Of a stretch of DNA of 64,000 nt, positions 35,593 through 46,900 are shown piece after piece. The DNA comes from a virus. Location: the IMG/VR virus record IMGVR_UViG_3300023199_000021, positions 32,001 to 96,000 of that record. One strand, written 5' to 3'. Position numbers and translations under genes: made by a program. How positions within the stretch are numbered: the stretch's first letter is position 1; each line of letters opens with the position of its first letter. Under the pieces are notes generated by a model. The model saw only the letters and a program-made list of their open reading frames with translations, had not been told where the DNA came from and did not search any database.

Positions 35593-36657
35593 ATGGATAG
35601 TGCAAAAAAGCTCTCTATTTTGAATAGGATTATGACGGGGATGGTGTGTCTTGACATAAATAACACCGTCTACACACTGAATCCGCCCAACAAGCAACAA
35701 ATAGTTTTGGGTGAATTAGTGTATCGGAACACCCTCAACAATAGCAAGTACAACGATCTTATGACACGAGATCAAGCTGCTGCACTTCTACACAAGCGTC
35801 GTATCTGGACTACTGAAAATGATCAGCAGTACGAACAGCTTTCTAAAACTCTTGATGATTTAAAGGTTGAACTTTATCGTTCTCTTTATAATGATCGCAA
35901 AAAAGATCAGCTAAGAAAACGAATCAAACAAGTAACCAACGGTCTGCATAAAAGTCTAGAAAAGAAATACAGTCTAGACCATATGACTCTTGAGAACCAT
36001 GCTGAAACAACTAGAGATGAGTTTCTAGCCGCTATCTGTATCACAGACCCTCATGGTAATCCCGTATACACATACGACAATTACGATAAAAAGGGGAATT
36101 ATGTACTTCAAAGGTTCCTAAATTACCTGATGAAGAATATAATAACTGTAGAAGAATACAGAGAAATAGCTAGGGCAGACCCGTTTAGATCAATGTGGAT
36201 GATAGGTCAGGCAAGTGTTTTTGATGTTCCTTCTTGTCTACTTTCAATAGAGCAAAAATCTTTGATTATGTACTCTCGTATGTACGATAACGTATATGAG
36301 CATATGGAGAGGCCCTCAGACGAGGTTATTGAAGATGACGATATGCTTGACGGATGGTTTATCCAAGAGCGTCGTGAGGCCGACAAGGAACGCAAGAAGA
36401 AAGAAATCGACAAGCTTATGGAAGGTAAGGGTGCCAACAAGCATGGTGGTAATGGTGAATTGTTTGTTGTTGCTGAAACCCAAAAAGAAGCTGACAAGAT
36501 TCGACAGCTTAATGACCTTAACACAAACATGAAAATGAAACAAAGAGATCAGGCCCTTAGAGAAAAGGGTAGATTAGAAGAACATCAATTGCCAGATGTT
36601 CAACTGGAACTAAGAAACAAAGCTATGAGGCAAATAGCGGATAGAGGAAAGAAGTAA
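35593..36657 (+). CDS. Tail assembly chaperone-like protein
   Basis: Start MDSAKKL; YDNVYEHMERPSDEVIEDDDMLDGW; lies between the tube and tape measure genes. Confidence 0.65.
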   Translation: MDSAKKLSILNRIMTGMVCLDINNTVYTLNPPNKQQIVLGELVYRNTLNNSKYNDLMTRDQAAALLHKRRIWTTENDQQYEQLSKTLDDLKVELYRSLYNDRKKDQLRKRIKQVTNGLHKSLEKKYSLDHMTLENHAETTRDEFLAAICITDPHGNPVYTYDNYDKKGNYVLQRFLNYLMKNIITVEEYREIARADPFRSMWMIGQASVFDVPSCLLSIEQKSLIMYSRMYDNVYEHMERPSDEVIEDDDMLDGWFIQERREADKERKKKEIDKLMEGKGANKHGGNGELFVVAETQKEADKIRQLNDLNTNMKMKQRDQALREKGRLEEHQLPDVQLELRNKAMRQIADRGKK

Positions 36658-36658
36658 C

Positions 36659-36982
36659 ATGAATTCAAACTACAATGATTTCTCTAAGAAAAGATTGTTG
36701 AACAATCTAAAGAAGAAATTCAACACAACAATCATTGGTTCTCTGGCCGTGTTTGAAGAAATCTTTGGTCATCTGTGGGGACACGGACTGCCATATGACC
36801 AGCTAACCGATGAACAAAAAGAATTGCATCAGGCTTGGAAACAAGCTAGGACTAGAATTTTAGATTCCGGTAATTCGAATCTGAGAGCCGCACAAAGCGA
36901 ACTAGCTCAATATTCGTTCCATTGGAATCGCTATGTAACTCACTTTGAATTAAAGGGTAATCAGGAGAACGACAATGCCTAA
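36659..36982 (+). CDS. Conserved hypothetical tail-module protein
   Basis: FEEIFGHLWG motif; coupled in the operon. Confidence 0.7.
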   Translation: MNSNYNDFSKKRLLNNLKKKFNTTIIGSLAVFEEIFGHLWGHGLPYDQLTDEQKELHQAWKQARTRILDSGNSNLRAAQSELAQYSFHWNRYVTHFELKGNQENDNA

Positions 36983-37901
36983 AGTTGACAAACTAGAAGA
37001 TCGTAGGGTATTCACTGTTGAAGGCAAAGGGTATGCAGTAAGAATGCCTACAATGCAGGAATTAGTAAAGGCTAATGAGCTTCGTAGAAAGACATTCAAC
37101 GAAGAACTGACAGCGGGAACTTTACTGCGTGACCAACTCGACGAAGAACTTCGTAAGAGAAAATTGTGGTCAGATGACCGTGAGGCCAGATATCAGGCAC
37201 TACGTCAAGAAGTAATTGACGCCGAATATCAACTGGCTCGTGGTGGTATTTCCTTGAAACAAGCCAAGGATATTGCCATTAGTATGAGGCGTAAGCGTCA
37301 AGAGATGGTAGAAATGTTGTCGTCTCGAACAGACCTAGACTCCAATACTTGTGAAGGTAAGGCTGATGCTATTCGCTTTAACTTTCTTTTTGCCAATTGC
37401 TTGGTGTATAATGATACGGAGGAACCTTACTTTAAGCAAGGTTTGAACGAATATATGCTCCGTCAAGAAGACCCTGTGGCATTGGTTGGAGCGAGTGAGT
37501 TCTTCTACCTTATCTCCGAGACAGATGATGTAGACTCCAAACTTCCAGAAAACAAATTTCTAAAGAAATATAAGTTTGCCAACGAGAACTACCATCTGGT
37601 AGATGAAAGTGGTCGTTTGGTAGACACTGACGGAAAACACATTGATGAAATGGGCAACTACATCAAGTGGATTTCTGATGAAGAATACGTAAAAGTGGAC
37701 GTTGATGGTCGTGAGATCGACGAGCAAGGCGAGTTCATTGTAGAGCATGAGCCTTTCCTAGATGATAGCGGTAAGCCCATCGACGAATCAATTTACGAAG
37801 AAAAAGAAGAAGAACCAGAGGCCGAAGAAGAAAAACCAAAGCCCAAAAGACGGACACGCAAAAAGGCTACTGCATCTAAAGGAAATGAAGACGCAGAATA
37901 A
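36975..37901 (+). CDS. Tail assembly chaperone-like protein
   Basis: Repeated (L/V/I)DxxG units, acidic/basic tail; precedes the TMP. Confidence 0.65.
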   Translation: MPKVDKLEDRRVFTVEGKGYAVRMPTMQELVKANELRRKTFNEELTAGTLLRDQLDEELRKRKLWSDDREARYQALRQEVIDAEYQLARGGISLKQAKDIAISMRRKRQEMVEMLSSRTDLDSNTCEGKADAIRFNFLFANCLVYNDTEEPYFKQGLNEYMLRQEDPVALVGASEFFYLISETDDVDSKLPENKFLKKYKFANENYHLVDESGRLVDTDGKHIDEMGNYIKWISDEEYVKVDVDGREIDEQGEFIVEHEPFLDDSGKPIDESIYEEKEEEPEAEEEKPKPKRRTRKKATASKGNEDAE

Positions 37902-37923
37902 TAGCCAACGGTGACATTTGGAT

Positions 37924-37967
37924 AAGCGATCTATGTTGAATATTACTTTCAAGGTAGGTCGCTTTTT
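37924..37967 (+). terminator. Terminator-like hairpin before the TMP
   Basis: AAGCGATCTA..TTGAA/TTCAA..TAGGTCGCTT followed by TTT. Confidence 0.65.
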
Positions 37968-37985
37968 GTTTATGAGGTAATATAG

Positions 37986-40900
37986 ATGGCATTCAATATC
38001 AATGCACAAGTGGTACTAAGCGGTCCTAAGAATCTGCAAAAGGTAAGAAGTTCTATTCAGAACCAATTATCTAATGTTTCTGTACCAGTTAAGATTCAGA
38101 TTTCCAAGAATGCAGCCTCACAACTTGGTACTTTCAACAAGCAATTTACTGCCCTTAATGCAAACTTGATAAAAGTAGGCGGTAGTGCAAAGAAAGCTAC
38201 CGCCTCTCTAAGTGCTTTGGGAAATGCCGCATCTAAGATCAACAACGTAAGCTCAAAGCTGAGCGGTGCGAGTAAGCAGGTCAATACTAATCTGGCCCAA
38301 ACTCAAAAGCAAGTAAAGGCTACCGCTGGTGAGATTGAAGCATTCGGTAAGGATGCTGCTTTGGCTATTCGTAGATTTTCTGCGTTTACCATCGCTACCG
38401 GTGCGATCTTTGGTTTCGTAAGAGCAGTTCAAAATGCTACAAGCGAAGCTATTAAGTTCGAAAGAGAATTAGCACGTATTGTTCAGGTTACAGGTGCTAC
38501 AGGTCGAGAATTGCAAGGTCTACAAAAGACCGTTGATGTATTATCTGTAGGTCTTGGTTTGGATGCTAACCGTTTGCTTGAAGTATCTCGTATCTTTGCT
38601 CAAACCGGTCAATCTGTTGATCAAGTTCGTAAGTCTCTTTCTGCTGTAGCTAGGGCGTCTCTTGCTCCTACTTTTGGTGATATCAAAAAGACTACCGAGG
38701 GTGTTATTGCTGCGTTGAACCAGTTTAACTTGTCTGCCGATAGAGCAGAGAGTGTTCTTGGTTCTTTGAACGCTGTATCTAAAAGCTTCGCTGTTGAAGC
38801 GGACGACTTGATTTCTGTTATCCGTCGTGCTGGTGGTGTGTTCGCTGCGTCCACAAAACAGCTAGGGGCACCGGAAGAACGTCTACGTGAATTGATTGGT
38901 ATCTTCACCGCTGTTCGTTCTACCACTCGTGAAACAGCCGATACCATTGCTACTGGTCTTCGTACTATCTTCACTCGTATTCAAAGACCTCGAACAGTTA
39001 AGTTCCTAGAACAGTTCGGCATTCAATTACGTGCTACTGCTCAGGACGCTAAAGACTTAGGTATTGCCCAAGGTGAGTTCGTTGGTATCTTTGAAGCCTT
39101 CCGCCGTATCTCTCAAGAGATTGACTCACTTGATACTTTATCCCTTGCTAAAGTAGTTGAAGAACTTGGTGGTATTCGTCAGGTAGGTAAGTTGCTGCCT
39201 GCGTTGCGTGAATTTGAAAAAGCAGAACGTGCTAGAGGCGTGGCTCTTGCTGGCACTGAGAGTATCAGTAAGGACGTTGCTATTGCTACGCAAACACTTC
39301 AAGTTCAAATAGAGCAATTGAGAGAGCGATTCCAAAAGTTCGTTCGTGATGTTTCTCAATCTGCTACTTTCCAAAATCTAGTCAAGTTCGCATTAAGTAC
39401 TGCTAATGCCTTCATTACTTTGGCAGACGCTCTACGTCCAGCCTTGCCTCTGTTGACAGCTATTGCTGGTGTTAAACTAACTAGTGCCGCATTTGATTTT
39501 GCCAGAGGTTTCATTGGTGGTGTTAGAAAAGGTGGTGGTGCAGGTGGTGTTGGTGGAGCATTAGGTTCTGTAGTAATTGGTGGTGGCGGTGGCGGTAGTG
39601 CTGCTGCGGCTGCTACACAAAAGCAAACACAAAGTACAGTAGCATCTAATACTCAGGCCGTATCTGCAAATACTACAGCCGTTAATACATTGAACGGTAC
39701 TGTCAAGCTATTAAATACTACAGCAAACAATCTTGTTGCCCAAGGTAAAGCTGTGGCTGCATCTGCTGGCAATCTTGTATCTTCTCTTGCTAAGCTACCA
39801 ATCACACTAAAGACAGCATTGGCTGGATTGGGTGGTTCTGGTGCTATTAGATTCAGACGTGGCAAGGGAGGTAAGATTCCTAAATTTGCCAAAGGTGGAT
39901 TTGTAAATGGTCCTTCTCACGCACAAGGCGGTGTAGTTGCCGAACTCGAGGGTGGTGAGTTCGTAGTACCGAAAGATCGAGCTAAGAAGTTTGCCGCTGG
40001 TGGTATTGTTAAGCAATCACAAGTAGGTATCGTTTCCGCTGAATTCATTGATCCGATCAAAAAATTCCCCACTGTTTCTACTACTTTGGCACAGGTTTTA
40101 AAATCTGGTCGTGTCAAGGGCGGTGGGCAATCATTAAATGATGCTGCGGCTGATGTGTATAAGTCTGCAAAGGTTGCACTAACTCCTCGTGGAGTGCCAA
40201 TGTCGGATATCAAACAAGCGTTGGGCACAAGCAAAACAGCATTTAAGTTTGATGGTATAATTGAAGGTGTAGGTAAAGACGAAGAAAAGATGTTTAGCAA
40301 AGCCTTTAACAATGGTGTTGAAGGAGCTTTACAGGGTGCCGGTAGTAAGATTGCTAACTTTGTTGGTACCCCCGTACCTAATTTTTCACAAGTGGGTGCT
40401 GATCAGGATTTCTATAAGAACTTCGACGCTGGCTTCAAAGGCCTACTATTTGAGAACGTATTGAGTGCTTTGGGTGGGCAACCACTTCTTGCAAAAAATA
40501 AGAACAGACCGTTTGACTTTGTTGATGGGTTATCAGAAGCGGTTAGAAAACCATACAGCAAGACTGTATCTCAAGGTATTCAATATGTAGATGCTAAGGT
40601 TACTGCACAGTCAGCTAACCCTAAAGAATTACCAAAGAAAATTGTAAACCAAATCGCGGAAGATGCGTTAGCTAGACTACCCGCTGTAGTTGCTGCCAAG
40701 AAAGCTCAAGGTGCAATTAAGAAGGCAACCGGTGGTCCTATTGTTGATTCTGAAAACAGAATGGCAGATGTTGCTATCTCTGACGGAGAACTTATTGTTC
40801 CTCCTAGCGAAGCCAAAAGAAACTTGGGATTGTTACAGAGAGCAAATCGTGGTTTCTTTGTTGGTGATCTAGTTAACAAACTTCCTAATTCCTATATTGC

Positions 40901-43900
40901 AAAGGGACCGGGAACCGGTACGTCCGACAGTATTAAGACAGAACTACCACAGGGTACGTTTGTTGTTAATGCAAAAGATACTGAAAGAATATCTAACCAA
41001 ACAGGCTTTGCGGCTGGTGGTCGCGTATCTAAGTTTGGTATAGGTGGTTCTGTTAAGAAAAGAGTACCACTTCAAGGTGGAGGTATCTTAGGTGCGTTGG
41101 GCAGTGGCAAAGGTGCTACCGGAATTCTACAAACTGTAGCCAATGTGTCTCTAGTAGGTGGTGTTATTTCCAGTCTTGATTTTAGTTCCTTTGAAGGACT
41201 AATCAACGGTGTGCTTGCCGCTGCAATTCCTCTTTCTCTACTATCTCAAAACGCCAAGAATGCAGGTGAAAGTCTTGAAGAAGCTGCCGCTAAAGGTGCC
41301 GATGCTGTTAATGATCTAGGTGCTGCTGCTGAGCAAACCGCACAAAGACAAAGAAGTGCTAACTTCGGTCGTGATGATGTAGAAGCGAGACTACGTGCCG
41401 CTAGAATTCGTGAAGCCAACGGTGGTGTCGGTGTCCTTGAGTCTGATCTTGTACAAAGACAAGCAGCTAGAGATCGTCGTGCTGCACAACTAAGAAGAAT
41501 CAGGGCACAACGTCGTACAGGTGGTGTGGTAGAAAGTGACCTAGTAGGTTTGGATGAACTTGATCGTGATCAAAGAGCAGCCAGAAGAAGAAGTCGCCGT
41601 AGAAGGCTAGGTAGAGGTAGCGTAACCAATAGGCTTGCTGCCGCTAGAGGTCGTACAGGTTTGGGTGGAGCCAGAGTCGGTCGTTTAAGTCGAGTTGGTT
41701 CTAGACTTGTCGGTGTTCGTGGCCTTGGTGGTTTTTCTAAGTTGGCACCTGTTTTGAATAAGTTAGGCCCTGCTCTTGCAAAAGTTGGTCGTGGGGCATT
41801 AAGCGGTCCCGGTGGTATTGCTGCTGCTGCATTGGCACTTGCTGTTAATCCTATTACTGATGCTATTGCTAAAGGCTTTGTAGGTGCTGCTAAAGACATT
41901 AATGGAACACGAGGTTTTACTGCGGGTCAAGGTGGTCAAACTACAGCACAAACTATTGGTGGTATCAAAGGTGGTGTCGGTGGTGCATTAGGTGGTGCTG
42001 CAATTGGTGGTGTTATTGGTAGTGTTATTCCCGGTATTGGTACTGCTATTGGTGCTGCTGTTGGTGCTTTGATTGGTGGTGTAACAGGTACTCTTACAGG
42101 TGTATTCACAGCGTTCAAAGAACAAGCTAAGTTTGAAGAACTAGAAAAGCTACAAAAGTCAAGCAAGACATTGAACGATGCATTTGACAAGCTTTCCGGT
42201 GAAGGAATCAAAAATGTAAATACACTTGAGCAAGTTGCTGAGGCTAGTAGTGATCTAACCAGACAGATTGTAAGTAGTGCTTCTGCTTTTCAAAACATCG
42301 CAGACAATTCTGGAAGAAACTTCTTCGGAGACAATCTTTTCGGTCAAACCGTTGACGGTCTAAGTAAGCTAAGCCAAGTAATTGGAACTGGAACCACGCT
42401 GGTTGAAAAGGGCTTTATTGCTTTAGATAGTGTTCTAGCTGCTGGTGGTGCAACCGCAGTCGGTGCCCTTGTTCCTATCATCGGCCCTCTGATTGGTGCT
42501 GGTATCGGAGCTATTTTTGATGCTATCAATCCCGACATTCAAGCAAATGCTCAAAGAAGACTAAATCAAAGAATTGGTATCTCTAACACTGTAGGTACAG
42601 CCAGAGGGTTTAGTGTTTCTCTAGAAGCTATTCCTCAAGAGGTATTTGATAAGGCCGATGAAAACTTCAATAGGCTAGGCCAAACAATTCTAGATTCTAT
42701 TCCTTTGGATAATTTGACTGGTATTGTGGCACTTGGCCCAGATGCAACCTTTGACGAATTGACTACCGCACTAGAATCAGCGGGAGATAATAGCGAAACA
42801 TTTAGAAAACAACTGGAAGCATATAAGTCTCTACAAGGTGTTCAAATTACTAAAGAGGCCAAACAACTTATTGCTGCATTCGATGCTTTAAGTCAAGGCA
42901 ATCAAAAATTACAACAAAGCTTTGCTATTGGTACTGCTTCTGCTAGTAAATTCCTATCTACTTTCCAAGAAACAGGTAGTCTATTAGAAGCTAATGCTGC
43001 CGGTGGAGAAGCGTTCATTAAGAGCCTTCAAGCTAGAACTAGTGCCGCTGGTCAAAGACTTGACTTCAATGTTAACGATTTGTTTTCTGGTGGTTTTGAA
43101 GAACTAGCACAAACAGTAACAGACGCAGGCAATGGTAATCAGGAAGCCGCAGCTAAGATCGCACAGTTGGCCGCTGCTACCGATCAGAGTGCAGATGCTA
43201 TTACTACAACAGTAAGCAAGTATGCCGCATTCACCCAAGCTAATAGAGAACAAGCTACTGCTCAAGCGGTTGCTATTGCAAAACAAAGAATCATAAACGA
43301 TCTACTGAAAGCCTCAGCTCAAGGACTTGATGCCTTGGCCGCTGCCTTGCAAGGTCTAGTTTCAGCTACACAAAATGCCGTATCTGATTTCTCTATCTCA
43401 TTAAGCAATATTGAGGCAGAAGTATCCAGAGTTCTATCTACAGAGCAATCAGTACAAGCCAACCAAAGAGCCAATGTATTTACCAACGGTGGTGCTGGAA
43501 GATCACTTGGAGAATTGACAGCCGGTGTTGAAAGAGTACGATCTGGACTAGGTGGTGACGCTTCTGCGTTTGCTGACCTACCAAGTACTGTACAATTGGG
43601 CCAAGCATTACCGAAGGCTTTGAAAGACACAATCGACGAGCTAGAAAGATCGGGCGAACGAATTGACCTAAATACTTTCCAAGATAGGTTGATTACTAAG
43701 ATTCCCGATTTCAATCAGCTTTCTAAAGTAGTACAAACACAACTATTAAACAACATTGAAGCTGCGTTTAGTGGTGCTAGACAAGGTGCGGACTTAGGTG
43801 CCGAAGGTATCAGTAAGCTTCTGGAAGAAGTTGGAAACCTAGATCAGTTCGTAGAACTAAGTGGTCAGGCTGCTTCTGCATTAGAAGAAGTAACCGCACA

Positions 43901-46900
43901 ACTTAACTCCTTCAATTCTGCTGTACTTCAAGCTGTTAATCTACAGATTCAAGCCACCCGTCAAAGAGTAGATGCTGAACTTAGCATCCTAGAAAAGAGA
44001 GAGGCTGCTACTGATAGATTCGCTAAGTTTGAAGCAAGAAGCACAGCCGAACTTGCTAGAGCTAGACAAAGCTTGAACCGTGAGATCACTACTCTGCTTG
44101 ACGCAGGTGGTGCTGGTAGTACAAGTGTACAAACTGTTGATGCAGCGGGCAATCCTGTTACTACTAATCTTGCTACCGTTGGTGGTGGAGATTTGTTGTC
44201 TAGGAGAGAAGGTCTTGAAGATATTAGAAGCCAGCTATTACAGGCCATTAGTGAAAGAACTGGTGTTGATCCTACAGATACAGCCGCTCTTGCTTCTCTT
44301 GATCTTCCTGAGATTGATCAACTACAAACAGAGTTGGCTAATGTTACTTCTGCTTTGGAAGGAACTAAGAAGTCAATTGATGTATTGGCAAACGATACAA
44401 GAATTCTTACTGCCGTTGAGAATAAACTAACTTCAATTCAAGAGTCTCGTCTAACCGGTAGACAACGAGTTACCGCAGCATTGAGTCAATTGGCTAATGC
44501 TAGAACTCCAGAAGAACGAGCTAGAATCGTTAGTGAGATTCAACGTCCGGTATTGGCTGCACGTAAAGTAAACCAAGGTCAAGGTCTTAACCTACAAGAG
44601 TTTGCATCATTTGCTCAGTCTCTTGACGAGGGTGTTAATGGTGTGGCTGGAGAACTGTTGCGTAGAGGTAATCCCGGCATCAGCGAAGAAGACCTAGCTA
44701 GACTGGTAGATCAAAGTCGTGCTAACTTGCAAACCGGTTTCTTGAGAAACGTAGCACCTAACGCTGTTGGTCGCGGACTTGGTTTCGATAACTTTGCTGC
44801 TGATGTTATTTTCAATCCTCAAGGTGCTTCAACCGAGGCCGCTGGCCAAACCCCAGAAGAAAAGAGACTTCTAACTATTAAGGATCAAATCCTTAAAGTA
44901 CAAGAAGATTTGATTAGAGGTACAGCAGATCAAAATGCTAAGTCCATTGCCGATCAACAGGCTATCCTAAGAGATCAGTTAAGCAAGACTAAGAGTAGTC
45001 TAGACGCTGCTGCCGAAGCATTCAAGAGACTAAGAGAAGAACAAGAAGAACTTGTGGTAATCTCTCAGGCTCGTGCTGCCCAATTGAAACAATCTCAAGC
45101 TGCCGCTGAATCCAGAGAGGCAGAACAGGCTTTGAGTAAAATCAATGAAGAAGTAGCTAATCTTCGTGAACAAGCCGCGAATCTAGACCCAGCAGACGTT
45201 TCCAGAAGACAACAAAATTTGGGTACTGCGTTAGGTCTTGCTACTGACTTTACAGCCCAGATTAGTAGAAACAAAGAAAATCCACTATTGGAATTTACTC
45301 AACAACTAGCGGGTTCAAGATTTGCACGTCCAGAAAATTCTTTCTTGCGTGACTCTGCATTTATTACCAGAGCGGTTGGTGCTGGCACTGGTGACAATAC
45401 AAACTTTAATGCATTATCTAGTGAGCAAATTGCTAACCAGAAAGTATTGTTTAGAGATTTGGCATCACAAATTTTGCCTGATGATCCTCTTGGTGCTGCT
45501 AATCTTGGTCAACAAATTGCAGATAGACTCGACGATATTAGAATCGGCCAAGACACTATAGCTCAAAACTCTGAAACAGGTCAGGTTGTTAAGGCTATCA
45601 TTGCAGAGAATATTATTCCTGCTTTGAGAACAGCACAAACCAATCTTGGCGATCCAGAACAAGTAAGACAACAACTTCAAGAAGTAAATGCTAAACTGGC
45701 AGAAGCAAATACTAGACAAACAGAGCTTCAAGAAAGAGCTACTGGTTCCAGAACAGAGGCAGCTTCGGCTACCGCAACAGCAGAACTATTAACTGCACTT
45801 AAAAGAACCTCTAAGGATTCTAATGCTAGATTGACAGATAGACAGTCAGCAGCGTTGGGTCTATTCCAAGGTGACGGTGCGAATGCTGCCGGTGCAATTC
45901 AAGAGCTAACTGGTTTCCAAGTAACAGCTAACGAAACCGCACAGATTTTGGAAACTCTGAAAGAAAAAGGTAACGCATTCCAGCAAAGTCTGGATGCTAT
46001 GACTCAATCAACAGAGCAAAATACAACGGCCCAACAACAGCAACAGCAACAGGTTCAAAGAGATACTACTCCTGTTACTTCATCAACTCCTACCACTGTT
46101 CCAACAGCACCAGACACAACAATCAGATCAACACCTGATCCTGCGATTGTTGCCGGTGTCGCCGCAATGGTAGGTAGAGCCACTGGCCCAATAGCAAGAC
46201 CTGCTTCCGACCCTGCTCCCGATTCAGATGCAGCATTGTTAGGTGCTAGTGTATTAACTCCTAGACAACAAAGGCAACAAGCAATACAACAACAACGCGA
46301 GGCTAAAAGACAACAGTTTGAAGAACAACGTAACGCAAGACGTGAGGCTTTTGAAGCACCACGTAGGGAAAGACGTGAGATTGGTCAATTCCAATCCTTA
46401 CAGTCTACAGTTGGAAGTCAACAGTCTGTTGAACAACTGATTGCTAAAGCGTCTGCTGGAGTGGAACAGCTAAGAACTAGTGGTGATACACCTGCTCAAG
46501 ATCGTGCAATTGCTAATCTTCAAAGACTAGAACAACGTCGCGATTCTTTGGGAAGACGTAGAACAGCATTAGAGAACAACCTAGCTACTGCTACAGCCAG
46601 CAATCCTCAAAGTGCTGCTGGTCAAGCATTGTTTGGTTCTGTGCGTCAACGTACTGCCCAAGAACAACTGGCCTTTGTTAACAGATTTGAAGGACAAGAA
46701 AGACAGCAGGTTGCTCAAAGACTACTTCAAGGTCAAAACAATCAACTGACTGGTCGAGAAAGACAACGAGTATTGAGTATTGCAGAAAATGGACTTACAA
46801 GAGTAGAAGCCGTTCGACAAGGTTTGGATAATACATTTAATACCTTTGCTGAAACACTACAGAATAATCCATTCGTTGCTGGTGTACAACAAGCAGCAGA

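Noticed and set aside
35593-37901. Programmed frameshift in tail assembly chaperones
   Set aside because: There are three separately initiated ORFs, and I found no convincing slippery site at their junctions.
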